Below, piece by piece: positions 39,953-50,195 of a DNA stretch of 64,000 bases; the first letter of the stretch is position 1; the number at the start of each line of letters is the position of its first letter. The stretch is from assembly GCA_963729895.1 (NCBI GenBank), contig CAVSQB010000019.1, positions 128,001-192,000 of the forward strand, in the 5' to 3' direction. Source of the DNA: an uncultured Fibrobacterota bacterium. Its GTDB lineage: Bacteria > Fibrobacterota > Chitinivibrionia > Chitinivibrionales > FEN-1185. The position numbers and the translations under genes were made by a program. The notes under the pieces are model-generated. The model did not search any database, had not been told where the DNA came from, and worked only from the letters and a program-made list of their open reading frames with translations.

Positions 39953-40378
39953 TCAGTCAATTTTGAGCGTCTTCTCCGTCCCGTCATCAAACAAATTGAG
40001 AAGGTTTTTACCTTCCACGAAACCGGTGTATGCCGTTACTTCCTTTGCGCGCTGCGCAAGGGTTTCTTCGAGGTCTCGCTTCATACTCAGAAGGTCTTTG
40101 AGACTCTCCCCGGTCAAGTCTTTGCTCTCAATAGCCTTGATCACCTTCTCAAGCTGCAAGGCGGTTTCTTCGATCTTTGCGCGCCGGTTTAGTCTGTGCT
40201 GCTCAAGAAGTGCCTGCAAATCCATATATTCCGCCGTTGATATTTCCTTGTGAAATTCCCCCGCCCATTTTATCAGCGTCGGTTTCGAGACGCCCATCTC
40301 CAAGGCGATTTTCTCAAAGCTCAATCCCCGCGCCCGGAGTTCAACAAATCGTTCCTGTTCTTCTTTTGTGTACGCCAT
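39953..40378 (-). CDS. HTH protein with helical C-terminus
   Basis: ELRARGLSFEKIALEMGVSKPTLIKW. Confidence 0.75.
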   Translation of the reverse strand: MAYTKEEQERFVELRARGLSFEKIALEMGVSKPTLIKWAGEFHKEISTAEYMDLQALLEQHRLNRRAKIEETALQLEKVIKAIESKDLTGESLKDLLSMKRDLEETLAQRAKEVTAYTGFVEGKNLLNLFDDGTEKTLKID

Positions 40379-40547
40379 GAGATACTTCCTTTTCTATTCT
40401 GTGAAGGTTTTCGGCTTTTCAAAGACCTTTTCGCAAAGGTGATTTCTCCGAAAAGGTCACTACTAAAAGCATTATTTTTTCACTGTTTTAGCCACTTTCG
40501 ACCTTTTCAGTTTTTCAACCCGTTAGGAGAACCGAAAAACGCAAAGG

Positions 40548-41723
40548 TCAAACCGTTCGGGGAATATCGTATTGTTTTTTGCCCCGCCCGCCATCTGTTT
40601 CGATTATCAATCCCGCCTCGACCGCATTTTGGATAGCCGCCCGTGCCTTGTGAAAAGACAGCTTGGCGGAAAGGGCCTTTATCAAATCCGCTTTGAATAT
40701 CATCGGCCTTGCCTGCACTACCTCGACCACCGCCGCCATGTCCACCGCTTCACGCTTTGCCTTGCGCTCCTCGCTTGATGACTTGGGCTTCATGTCGGTA
40801 AGCTCGAAGCTCCAGCCGTCGCGGCGCAAGATGATAGGTTCCTGCATGGCCGTGTAGTTGCTTTTGGAATGCGTCACCATGAGGTACTTCGACCGTTCAG
40901 CCTCGTCTATGCCGTTTTGTCCAGCGACATCGGGGGTCATCGGTTGAAGGTACAGACCGAAGCGTAGACAGTCCAGAAACGCCGATTCCCCGCGTTGTGC
41001 GGCACCCGCGTGTGAATCACCATCGTATGAGTTCTTGTTGGTATGGTGAAGGATAAGGACTGTTGCGCCGAAATCCGCCGCCAATTTTTCGTAGTGGGCC
41101 ACCTCTTGCGACACAACGGCATTGCCCGCGCCTTCCGCACCGCTCAAACGGCTCCGGGTGTCGAATATGACCAGCTTCACGCCGCCAGCCTGCACGGTGG
41201 CATAAATGCGCTTGTATTCATCCGTGGTGGAAATGGAAGTGCTCTTAACATCAAATAGCTGTTTTGCCGATCCCCAAAGATTTACCAGAAAAAGGTTTTG
41301 CCCGGCAAGGGCAAGAATGGTTTCTGCGTCTTCGCCGATCTCTTCGGCAATGGACGCGGCCAGCCCGTGTATACGCTTGTGGAGCACTTCGTCGGGTTCT
41401 TCCGCGCTGAAATAGAGAACTTTCCCGCCTGCCTGGACCTTATACTTCCCTAGCCATTTTGTTTTGAAGGTTTCGGCAATGGCAACGCGCAACGACAGAT
41501 CAAGCGCAAGGGTGCTCTTGCCCGTTCCGCCCGCGCTGTAAATGGTCCCTGCAATACCTTGCGGAATGAGTTCATCCACAAGAAAACGCGTAGGCTTCGG
41601 CTCTCCCTTGAAGCGTTCGATAGACCACCGCGTCAAATCATACGGTTCAACGGGTGCCGCTGCCGGTTGCCCGGATTCCATCTCCATGTTTACTTCCTGT
41701 ACAAGTGTGTCAATGCCATTCAT
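40548..41723 (-). CDS. RepA/AAA_25-type replicative helicase
   Basis: Walker A AGGTGKST, YFSAEE, LVIFDT, ILHHTNK, KSNY. Confidence 0.85.
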   Translation of the reverse strand: MNGIDTLVQEVNMEMESGQPAAAPVEPYDLTRWSIERFKGEPKPTRFLVDELIPQGIAGTIYSAGGTGKSTLALDLSLRVAIAETFKTKWLGKYKVQAGGKVLYFSAEEPDEVLHKRIHGLAASIAEEIGEDAETILALAGQNLFLVNLWGSAKQLFDVKSTSISTTDEYKRIYATVQAGGVKLVIFDTRSRLSGAEGAGNAVVSQEVAHYEKLAADFGATVLILHHTNKNSYDGDSHAGAAQRGESAFLDCLRFGLYLQPMTPDVAGQNGIDEAERSKYLMVTHSKSNYTAMQEPIILRRDGWSFELTDMKPKSSSEERKAKREAVDMAAVVEVVQARPMIFKADLIKALSAKLSFHKARAAIQNAVEAGLIIETDGGRGKKQYDIPRTV

Positions 41724-42826
41724 AGGATACGCCCTTGGAAATACTTCTTCAGAATGAAAACCTTTTTCACCGCGTCCTTGTCCCGCTCAGACCGCAGCTT
41801 CATTATTTCCTCTTTTGTGAATGATACCCCGCTTTGAAATTGGACGGCGCTATTTTCGCTTATTGTAAACGGCTCATTCATCAGGTGGGAATATGCCCGA
41901 ATAGGATATGGTGACAAGCGCCTGGGCTTTGCCGCCATTTCGATGATTTTGTCTGGGGAGAGCGAGAATACTTCCGCTTCTGTTAGCGGAATAGCGTGCA
42001 ACCCGGATTTTGAATTGATCGAATTTTGAGAACGGATAAGGTGAGTCACGCCCGCATAGATTGAAAAGTCGATTCCGTTGATTCCAGCCGCAAGTTTCCG
42101 CGCCAGCCTCTCGACACGCTCAGGGGTGTCAACATATCCAGAAATTTCATCAAGAGCGGAGACCGAAAATGAAACGTGGAAACCTTTATTGCCGGAGAAC
42201 TTTGTTGAAGATTCGCTTATTCCAAAGTCCTTTATTCTCCCAAACAAGTTTCGAGCTTCTTTTAGGGCGCGCCCAATATTTTCCTCTTGTATGCCGTCCT
42301 TAAAATCAATGTCGAAGAACAATTCTCTGCACCAAACAGGCCCGCGATACCCTTTAAGGACGCCGTGCTGTTTGTGGTATGCTTCGATTTGCTTGCAATG
42401 TCTGTACATCGAATGATAGTTTTCTCGCGCGCCGGGCATGCAGTAGTAGTCGGGAGAATCGGCGCGCCGTTCAAATGTTCCCCGGTGATAAATGCCGTCT
42501 TTGACCACCTCAAGGATGCAATAATCCGCTTTTGTACCTTGGCGGATAGGCTTCGTTATCGCTTCCGGCTCCGGCTGTTTCTTGTGGTTCGGCAAGGTTC
42601 CGCATTTCTGCCCGATGTACCGCTTGGCTTCTGGAAACGGAAGACCGTATCGAAGTTTCACGAAATCGTAAATGTCCCCGCCTTCGCCGGTGCCGTGGTC
42701 GAACCAAAGTCCGGTTTCGGCATTGAGAGCAAACGAGGGGTGAGTATCTTTCCGCAACGGGGAGCAGATAAGGTTCTCGCCAGGGCGCAATTTAGCGCCG
42801 GTTTCCTGTGACCAGAATTCAAGCAT
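41720..42826 (-). CDS. CHC2-like domain plus AEP-type primase
   Basis: SPLRKDTHPSF...WFDHGTGEGGDI; LFFDIDF; FSGNKGFHV. Confidence 0.8.
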   Translation of the reverse strand: MLEFWSQETGAKLRPGENLICSPLRKDTHPSFALNAETGLWFDHGTGEGGDIYDFVKLRYGLPFPEAKRYIGQKCGTLPNHKKQPEPEAITKPIRQGTKADYCILEVVKDGIYHRGTFERRADSPDYYCMPGARENYHSMYRHCKQIEAYHKQHGVLKGYRGPVWCRELFFDIDFKDGIQEENIGRALKEARNLFGRIKDFGISESSTKFSGNKGFHVSFSVSALDEISGYVDTPERVERLARKLAAGINGIDFSIYAGVTHLIRSQNSINSKSGLHAIPLTEAEVFSLSPDKIIEMAAKPRRLSPYPIRAYSHLMNEPFTISENSAVQFQSGVSFTKEEIMKLRSERDKDAVKKVFILKKYFQGRIL

Positions 42827-43031
42827 TGATCGTATCCTCAGATTGTTTGCTTTCAAGTTCGTCGAAGACCTCCTCAAGCCGTTTTCGTTCTTCAGAGGCG
42901 AGGGGAATAAAACCGGCCAATTTATTTGCAATGGTGGACGGGGGCATGTACAGGACGTTGGCCAAGTCACGGTGGGTAAGGCGCAAACGTTTTTTGCGCT
43001 CTATCAAGTCTGTTTCTTTCTGGTAAACCAT
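42819..43031 (-). CDS. Small XRE/Cro-like HTH regulator
   Basis: RLRLTHRDLANVLYMPPSTIANKLAG; overlaps primase start. Confidence 0.75.
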   Translation of the reverse strand: MVYQKETDLIERKKRLRLTHRDLANVLYMPPSTIANKLAGFIPLASEERKRLEEVFDELESKQSEDTINA

Positions 43032-43208
43032 ATTTGTCTTCCTTTTTGTTATTGTTGCCTAGAGATTCTACTTATACCGGGAGATTTTGCGCGGGCCATA
43101 AGAAATGGCGTTCTTCGATCAAAAAGGGCAAATAGCTTGATAGCCGAAGCTATAGCCAAGCTATTTCATCGGATTTGAGGACGGTTCAAGTACGGAGATA
43201 TTCGGGGT

Positions 43209-44515
43209 CAGTAGTGTCCGGTTAAATTGACAACAAGAGAAGGGCTACCAACCTATTTTTATCGTTGAAGGTTTAGTTTTTGACGATTAAAAAGAGGAGG
43301 CAGCCCTTGAACAGAAGAAATACAATATTCAATCAGATAACGCAACTGTTGAATCGGAAGGGATTCTGGCGCATTGTTAATCGGTACGAAGGAGACAGGT
43401 ACGTAAAGAGCATGACCTGCTGGCAGGAGATGCAGATTTTGCTCTTTTCGCTGGTAAAGGATTTGGTCAGCTTTCGGGATGTAGAAGCGTGTCTGAAGAG
43501 CAATGCGGATAAGTGGGAACATATTGGTCTTGCGAGTGTAGCCCGCAGTACACTGGCAGATGCACTCGCTCTCCGGCCATACAAGATGTTTGAAGATCTT
43601 TTCTATCAGTTTCTGGATAAATGCCAGCGATTGGCACCTCGTCATGACTTTCGGGTAAAGGTTCCGGTATTTACGCATGATTCAACCTTGATCAGCGTAT
43701 GTCTGTCATCGTTTCCATGGGCACGGTATCGCAGGCGCAAAGGTGGATTGAAACTTCATATGCTTCTGGACCATGACGGTTACCTACCGTCGTTTATCCG
43801 GATGACGGACGGGAAAGTCCATGACATTCGGGTGGTGAAAGATGCCGAATATGATTTTCCTGCGCTTCCGCCGGACAGCATCCTCACCATTGATCGAGGC
43901 TACACAGATTTTGGCTGGCTTCATTCACTGCATACGACTGGTGTTACATTCGTGATCCTGGCAAAATCCAACATGGCATATCATCTTGTCGGACAGCACA
44001 AAGAACCGAACGTAAGACGCGGAATTATCCGTGATCAGGAAGTCGAAATGTCGAATTTTTACGAAAGCAAGGCATATCCGGAGAAGCTGCGACTGATACA
44101 GTATTACAACAAGGAGTTAAACAAGAACCTGGTCTTTCTGACGAACAATTTCACGTTGTCGGCAACGACAATTGCTGCACTGTACAAGGGAAGATGGGAG
44201 ATAGAAACATTTTTCAAGTGGATCAAGCAGCACTTGAAGATAAAGACGTTCTACGGGACCAGCGAAAACGCGGTAATGACACAGGTGTGGATAGCCATGA
44301 TCTTGTATCTCCTGTTGTCGTTTATAAAATTCCAAGCACGGTATGCCTTCACCATGCTGGAATTACTGCGGGTTATCCGAGAAAGGCTGCTTGGTTTTGA
44401 AAGCTTGATTGAATTACTACGGGTCAATTACGAGCGGTTACGTTCTTTGCGCTCCGCTCCAGTGCAATTATCATTCTATTAGCCATTGGTCAAGAGGTTT
44501 AGCCGGACAGGGCTG
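43209..44515 (+). mobile_element. IS4-family element (1307 bp)
   Basis: TIRs CAGTAGTGTCCGGTTAAA / TTTAGCCGGACAGGGCTG; 9-bp TSD ATTCGGGGT (43200-43208, 44516-44524). Confidence 0.92.
43307..44482 (+). CDS. IS4-family transposase (DUF4372 + DDE)
   Basis: RSTLADA, DSTLI, DRGY, YKGRWEIETFFKWIKQHLKIK. Confidence 0.93.
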   Translation: MNRRNTIFNQITQLLNRKGFWRIVNRYEGDRYVKSMTCWQEMQILLFSLVKDLVSFRDVEACLKSNADKWEHIGLASVARSTLADALALRPYKMFEDLFYQFLDKCQRLAPRHDFRVKVPVFTHDSTLISVCLSSFPWARYRRRKGGLKLHMLLDHDGYLPSFIRMTDGKVHDIRVVKDAEYDFPALPPDSILTIDRGYTDFGWLHSLHTTGVTFVILAKSNMAYHLVGQHKEPNVRRGIIRDQEVEMSNFYESKAYPEKLRLIQYYNKELNKNLVFLTNNFTLSATTIAALYKGRWEIETFFKWIKQHLKIKTFYGTSENAVMTQVWIAMILYLLLSFIKFQARYAFTMLELLRVIRERLLGFESLIELLRVNYERLRSLRSAPVQLSFY

Positions 44516-44599
44516 ATTCGGGGTATTTAATCTGGTAGATCATCAGGCTCGGCAGATTCTTCTTCTCTTGTTTCTTCGTGTTCAATCATGGCAGCTTCG

Positions 44600-45030
44600 C
44601 GGCGCATGGGGCAACTGTTGGAGGCGACAGAGAGAGCGAATACGGCAAGAGACAAGAAAAAAGCGGAGTTACCGGCAAGCACTCCGGTTCCCCTCACTCT
44701 CGCCGACCTTGGTATCACCAAGAAAGAATCCGCCCGCGCTCAAAAGCTCGCGGCGCTGCCGGATGAGACGTTCGAGAAGGTGAAGGCGGGAGAGGTGCCG
44801 GTGAGGCCGCAATACAACATGCCAAGGCATACGCATTCGAAGCCGAGCACAAGATGGGCGAAATGTTGGCGGAGACGGAATTGAATTCTGGCACAAAAGG
44901 ACAGTTGAAAGGGAAAGATTCTTCTGGCGTGTACCGCCAGACACCGCCAGAAAGTAAAGCCCCCACCCTCGCCGACCTGGGCATCACCAAGCACGAATCT
45001 GCCCGCGCTCAAAAGCTCGCGGCGCTGCCG
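44600..45030 (+). pseudogene. Phage-type gene fragment with duplicated TLADLGITKxESARAQKLAALP
   Basis: Motif occurs twice in different frames; lies between 153-bp direct repeats. Confidence 0.55.
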
Positions 45031-45203
45031 GGCTGCCGGGCCGCCCCCAGCCGTGCCGTATTACGGCGTTTTCGCTTTTCGGATTCTCTAAGGCTTTGCA
45101 AACCTGAAAAGCTCGATTCTGCCGCCTCAATACCTTTCTTCCCGGTCGGGCTCGGTTCGAATGCCATGTTTCATCAGGTTTAGATTACCCTCGCCTGCGC
45201 GTA

Positions 45204-45356
45204 CTTGATAGCCGAAGCTATAGCCAAGCTATTTCATCGGATTTGAGGACGGTTCAAGTACGGAGATATTCGGGGTATTTAATCTGGTAGATCATCAGGC
45301 TCGGCAGATTCTTCTTCTCTTGTTTCTTCGTGTTCAATCATGGCAGCTTCCCGGCG
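45204..45356. repeat. 153-bp direct repeat (other copy 43136..44604, split by IS4)
   Basis: Near-identical sequence including the 3' end of the 628-aa gene. Confidence 0.9.
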
Positions 45357-47165
45357 ATCAAGTGTGGATCGCTCAATCTGTATGTCAATCGGCATTTTCT
45401 CGTTTTTTCGAAAGAATGTTATTGAGGTGTCAAATATTCTCTTTAATGCTTCATTCACATCTTGCAGTTGATAGGCTACAAGTTCCCCGGCATTTTTTTG
45501 ACCAAGAATAATTAATAGCCTTTTCCAAGTTTCAGGGTCCTTATTATCAACCCTTTTCCCAAAATCTTCCGGCACTAATTCTATTGTTTTTCTTCTGTCC
45601 CTAAAGTTCACTTCTATTCTGGAATCAGAATAAATTACTTTCCAAAAATCAAACTCATCAGTGCTTGATATTTTGGCTTTTGCTTTCTTTTCCTTTTTGC
45701 CTTGCCCGACTCTTTCCGGCTTTTCATTGGCAATAACCTCACGAATTCGCTCAATTAGGGTTCGATCAATAATGTCACCATCCAAGTTGATTATCCGTTG
45801 CCACTTTTGCTCAACTATTCGAAGACTTTCAATGTTTTTTCGGTTTTGGACGGCATTTACCACCTCTTCATAGAAATGCCCGATTGCTTGACTAACCCCT
45901 TCCTTACCGTGTGTATTGCAAAACTTGAATATCAAATCCTTGACCACCATTTCTTCGCGTTTTTCTGCGTCGCTGAAATAATAGTCCGGTAGTTTGTCCA
46001 ATAAGTATTCGCGTGGTAGAAAACCTGTCTCATTAAGGATTGTAACAAGATCGAAGAAGTTTCCGTTGACGACCATACCTACTAAGAGCGATTGGTTTGG
46101 AGGAAGCGCGCTTAGCTTTACTTCCTCAACAGGTTCGTGATTTAGCGGGCTTTTTGCCACACCGTTCTTCCTGGAGACTTCATTGGTTATTATTTCTTCG
46201 TTGTACGCAGTCTCCACTCTATAAATATCGTCGGAGGCGGATTCATTTGCAAGCAGCCATAAACGATGTCTGTAACCCAAATAGAAGTTTGCTCTATTTG
46301 TTCTTTCATCAGGCTCAAGATAATTTGCTTCTAATTCATAGCCGTAGAAGCTATTATCAAACAGTACCCTTCTAAATACTTCGTCATTGTCAATCATTGC
46401 CATAATATCCTTGATTTCCCGTTTTGCTCTTTCATTATCCAATGGTTCTAATTTCATGTTTCTGAGCGTTTCGCCGCGCTCTAATTGCTTCAATTCTTTA
46501 CGGAAGTCGCTGAAGACGGTCTTTGGTGCCCCACTTCCAGGCTCCGGCGCTTGCACTTGATGTTTTAGTGTTCTTTCCTTTAAATTGTTCCATTCTGCCC
46601 TAAATACCTCATTAAAACAACAAGTCTCCATATTGTCAAACGCGTTTTCATCCGGGTCCTTTAATATTTGCACAAACGGATTTTCAAAATCCAGGCACTT
46701 TATGTTTCTTGTATCAACTTCGGTGACATAGGGAAACAAATTATTGATCCTGTCTATCGGTCTGTATGTCCTCTCGCTCCTATAAGCCCAAAAACAATTC
46801 GCTTTTTCAAGCTCGTTTTTTGATACTGCCTCTCTGGGAAAAACAGCACAGTCTACATCAAACCCATCCAAGCCAGGAATTTTAATAAGCGAATCAGTCT
46901 CGGGGTCCGCAAGAATTACAACGGAATTCTTAAATGGGCCTTTCAGTTCTAGGAAATCCAAATATGTCTTCTTACCGAATACGCCGAAGATGTTTCGCAA
47001 CGCATCAAATATGAGGTATGCGTCCTTCGCTTGTTCGCGCATCCGCCTAACCCAATCGCCAAGAACACCATAATACTTTTGACAGGTTTGCCTTTGATCT
47101 GGTATTGGTTTTGATGGGTCTAGAAGGGGATTAATCGGCGGAGCATTAAAAGAAACACTATTCAT
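45279..47165 (-). CDS. Hypothetical protein (628 aa)
   Basis: Long AT-rich ORF whose start overlaps the RM gene stop; no recognised motif. Confidence 0.8.
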   Translation of the reverse strand: MNSVSFNAPPINPLLDPSKPIPDQRQTCQKYYGVLGDWVRRMREQAKDAYLIFDALRNIFGVFGKKTYLDFLELKGPFKNSVVILADPETDSLIKIPGLDGFDVDCAVFPREAVSKNELEKANCFWAYRSERTYRPIDRINNLFPYVTEVDTRNIKCLDFENPFVQILKDPDENAFDNMETCCFNEVFRAEWNNLKERTLKHQVQAPEPGSGAPKTVFSDFRKELKQLERGETLRNMKLEPLDNERAKREIKDIMAMIDNDEVFRRVLFDNSFYGYELEANYLEPDERTNRANFYLGYRHRLWLLANESASDDIYRVETAYNEEIITNEVSRKNGVAKSPLNHEPVEEVKLSALPPNQSLLVGMVVNGNFFDLVTILNETGFLPREYLLDKLPDYYFSDAEKREEMVVKDLIFKFCNTHGKEGVSQAIGHFYEEVVNAVQNRKNIESLRIVEQKWQRIINLDGDIIDRTLIERIREVIANEKPERVGQGKKEKKAKAKISSTDEFDFWKVIYSDSRIEVNFRDRRKTIELVPEDFGKRVDNKDPETWKRLLIILGQKNAGELVAYQLQDVNEALKRIFDTSITFFRKNEKMPIDIQIERSTLDRREAAMIEHEETREEESAEPDDLPD

Positions 47166-50097
47166 CCTTCGCCTTCTTCTTGCTTGTTCCATTCGTCTTC
47201 GTTGACTCTTCCACAATCTTTATTTCTTCGGGGGTAAGGCCGTACAGATCGTAGACAAGTTCGTCGATCTGGCGGTCGGCGGATTCAATTTGCCGGGTAA
47301 TGCGGTTCTTTTCGAAATCGGTGCGAACGCCTGGGAGTTTCTTGTTAAGGGATAAAATAGACGCGGCTAACAAAACTATATCATCGTGGCACTTCTTTTC
47401 GGCAGGATTGCCCATGTCAATTGGCGGCAGCGGCAAGCTGCCAAGTTCTTCACACTGAACGTGGATTGTCTGGAATGTCGTGCGATAATAGAACTTCAGT
47501 GCAATACTATTAATAATTCCTGCCACGTATCTGAGATCAAAACATGCCGGTTTGTCGTCTTGCGGAATGATAATGAGAACATCCTTGACATAGAAATTGT
47601 TATCATCAAATGTCCCTGCAAAATCGGCAGTCGTATCTTTAACCAAAACCTTCGGTTGCTCAAATCGTTCTGCCTCTCCGGGACGCGCAGTGTTACGATG
47701 TTCTCGCATTCTTGAGGGAACGTACCATACATATTCACCTTTGTAATCGTAATAGTACCGCTTTACATCGTTTCCGCGCAACAGGTGTTTATCTTCTCGA
47801 TGCAATCCCTTTGTGTGGTGAAGGAACTTCTCGTCGTCGCCAGTCTTCAACCCAAAGCACACATGGAATAAATTGTCAATCCTTTGACCTTTTCGCATTT
47901 TCTCTTTTATTATTTCAGTCTTCGGTGAGATGCTGAGGTCGAAAACATTTTGGAAAGTCGAATAGTACGCTATCTGTGGAATCTTGCGTTCCAATACAAA
48001 ATTGCTACCCATCAGAGTCCGTTTGCTTTCAACGATTTCAATTTGTGTAGATTTGCGTTGTTCACTCGTATCCTTCTGGACGAAGAAGATGCCAGCGGTG
48101 ACTTGCGCCTCTGCAAAGACTTTTTCCGGCAATTCGGTAATTTGCTGGATGCGAAAATTGGCAAGAAACAGTTTCCGCAATTCTTGAAAGCTGTTTAGTT
48201 GAAGCCAACCATGAGAAACAATGTAACTGAACAGTCCGTCTTGTTTCAGCAAGTGGGTCGCTTGCTCGATAAAGCAGCAGTATAGGTCCGATTTGTGCGT
48301 AAAAGTCTTGTAATTCTTCCAATAATATTCCTTGTCACTTTCTGAAATATTATGAGGCCGCACATAGGGCGGGTTTCCAATTACGGCGTCAAATCCGCCC
48401 TTTTGCATTATCTCTTGGAAGCCTGAATTCCAGTCAAAGGCATTTGTTTCTCGTACTTCAGGCTTATTTACATATAGAGCCATTTCCTCTTGGACCCCTT
48501 CGTAAAAATCCGGCCCAATAAGGGAGTTTCCGCACTGAATATTCTTCCTTAGCGAAGGCAACACGGTTTCGCCCGCTTCGGCCTTCAATGAGGCGGCAGT
48601 GGTCCCCAAGGTCTCATTTTCCAGAAGCTTTAGGTATAGTGATAGCTGCGAGACTTCCACTGCCTGTTGGTCAATGTCCACGCCATAGATGTTATTGAGC
48701 AAGATTTCCCGTTTCTTATGCAGGGTAAGGCATAGCGCGCCGTCACGTTCAACACAATCGCGCGCCGTAGCCTGCTTCGGGTTCTTGTTGTAGTAGCTGG
48801 CGTGGTATCTTATCAAGCAGTCATAAGCCCCTAGAAGGAAGGAGCCGCTTCCACAAGCGATATCAGCGAACCGCATCCCGGCAATTTCTTCCGGCGTTTT
48901 GTCTTTTATCAGCTTGCCGATTGTGTTTTCAACGATGTAGCGGACAATATACTCGGGAGTGTAGAAAACCCCGCCTGCTTTTTTTACCTCGGGCTTTTCT
49001 TCCACCTTGGCGCGCTTGGCCGTTGTGGTAATGATCTTCCCCAGGAACCGCTCGTAAATACTGCCAAGGATATGGATGGGTATCTTATCGAAGTCGTAAG
49101 GCGTGTTTTTGCTTGAAAGCTTCTCGCATATATCCGCAAATTCGTTTTCATCGAATTTGAAATCTGGCGCGTCAAGGATGTCGTGTTTCTTGTATATGGT
49201 GCCGTTGTACACCTTGTCCAGTTTCCGGCACGTCGCAACGAAATCTTTCCACACGCTATCGCTCTTCGTCCCGAAATTGGATATAATGTCTTCGGGTTCA
49301 ATCAGCTTATCTTCCAGGAACCGGATGAACACAAGCCGGTCAATGACACGTTGCACTATCTCCGTGAGTGCCCAATGGTCCAGTTCCGGGTTTCCGTTCT
49401 TGAATGCGTGTGCAAGGGTGTTGCGATAGCCGTCAAGCTCGTCGAGAAGCGCCTCGTCAATAGGCTTGTAACCGCCCTTGAATAGCCCAAGCTGCACGGC
49501 CCCGCCCCGCGCCTTGGGAAGCACCAAGGTTCTCTTTTCAATTGAGCCGCCCGCGACTGCTTCGCGGGAAAATAGGTAGTAAATTTCCGCAAACTTCTCT
49601 TTATTCAGGTAGTCTTGATAGGTATATTTCTTTACAAAACGGTCAAGGGCTGTCTCTATGGAAGGCGCGTAGCGGCAATCAAGAACGTGGATCTGCTCAA
49701 AATCGGTAAGAATCGCAAGCGGCGTTTCGCTGCTGTACCCGTATCGAATGGTCTGGAAGTAGTCATCGGCGTTTTCGATTTGTACGGAAGGCTTCTTCGC
49801 TTCGGCATAGAATGCCACGTCCCGGAAATTCGGCGCGACGTAAAAAGCATAGTCGGCGCGCTTCCTCTTGCCCTGCGCGTTCACGTTTGATTCAATGTGC
49901 GCTTCCTGCTCGTAGGGGTTCTTGTCGGACTCGTGGTTTACGTCCCACCCCAGGGCAATAAAGAATTTGTCTATGAAGTCGTGCCGGGCAGCTTGTTCGG
50001 AGTACGAAGAGGCGAGATAATAGTCTTTGTTACCGTCGAAATCTTCGACCAGCTTCTTTACGGTATTGAAGGCGGTTTCAAGAGTAGTTTGGAGCAT
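47158..50097 (-). CDS. Type IIG restriction-modification enzyme (Eco57I-like)
   Basis: ADY...EAKK nuclease, FYTPEYIV, DIACGSGSFL, NPPY, TaqI-like TRD, IDELVYDLYGLT. Confidence 0.9.
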   Translation of the reverse strand: MLQTTLETAFNTVKKLVEDFDGNKDYYLASSYSEQAARHDFIDKFFIALGWDVNHESDKNPYEQEAHIESNVNAQGKRKRADYAFYVAPNFRDVAFYAEAKKPSVQIENADDYFQTIRYGYSSETPLAILTDFEQIHVLDCRYAPSIETALDRFVKKYTYQDYLNKEKFAEIYYLFSREAVAGGSIEKRTLVLPKARGGAVQLGLFKGGYKPIDEALLDELDGYRNTLAHAFKNGNPELDHWALTEIVQRVIDRLVFIRFLEDKLIEPEDIISNFGTKSDSVWKDFVATCRKLDKVYNGTIYKKHDILDAPDFKFDENEFADICEKLSSKNTPYDFDKIPIHILGSIYERFLGKIITTTAKRAKVEEKPEVKKAGGVFYTPEYIVRYIVENTIGKLIKDKTPEEIAGMRFADIACGSGSFLLGAYDCLIRYHASYYNKNPKQATARDCVERDGALCLTLHKKREILLNNIYGVDIDQQAVEVSQLSLYLKLLENETLGTTAASLKAEAGETVLPSLRKNIQCGNSLIGPDFYEGVQEEMALYVNKPEVRETNAFDWNSGFQEIMQKGGFDAVIGNPPYVRPHNISESDKEYYWKNYKTFTHKSDLYCCFIEQATHLLKQDGLFSYIVSHGWLQLNSFQELRKLFLANFRIQQITELPEKVFAEAQVTAGIFFVQKDTSEQRKSTQIEIVESKRTLMGSNFVLERKIPQIAYYSTFQNVFDLSISPKTEIIKEKMRKGQRIDNLFHVCFGLKTGDDEKFLHHTKGLHREDKHLLRGNDVKRYYYDYKGEYVWYVPSRMREHRNTARPGEAERFEQPKVLVKDTTADFAGTFDDNNFYVKDVLIIIPQDDKPACFDLRYVAGIINSIALKFYYRTTFQTIHVQCEELGSLPLPPIDMGNPAEKKCHDDIVLLAASILSLNKKLPGVRTDFEKNRITRQIESADRQIDELVYDLYGLTPEEIKIVEESTKTNGTSKKKAKDE

Positions 50098-50195
50098 GGA
50101 TTTTCCTTGAGGATGTCAAAAGGAAAATATCTAATGGGGATCATCAAGCAAAGTCTGTACGGTTTGGACGGAATGCGATATCTGCCGTGCCGCCC

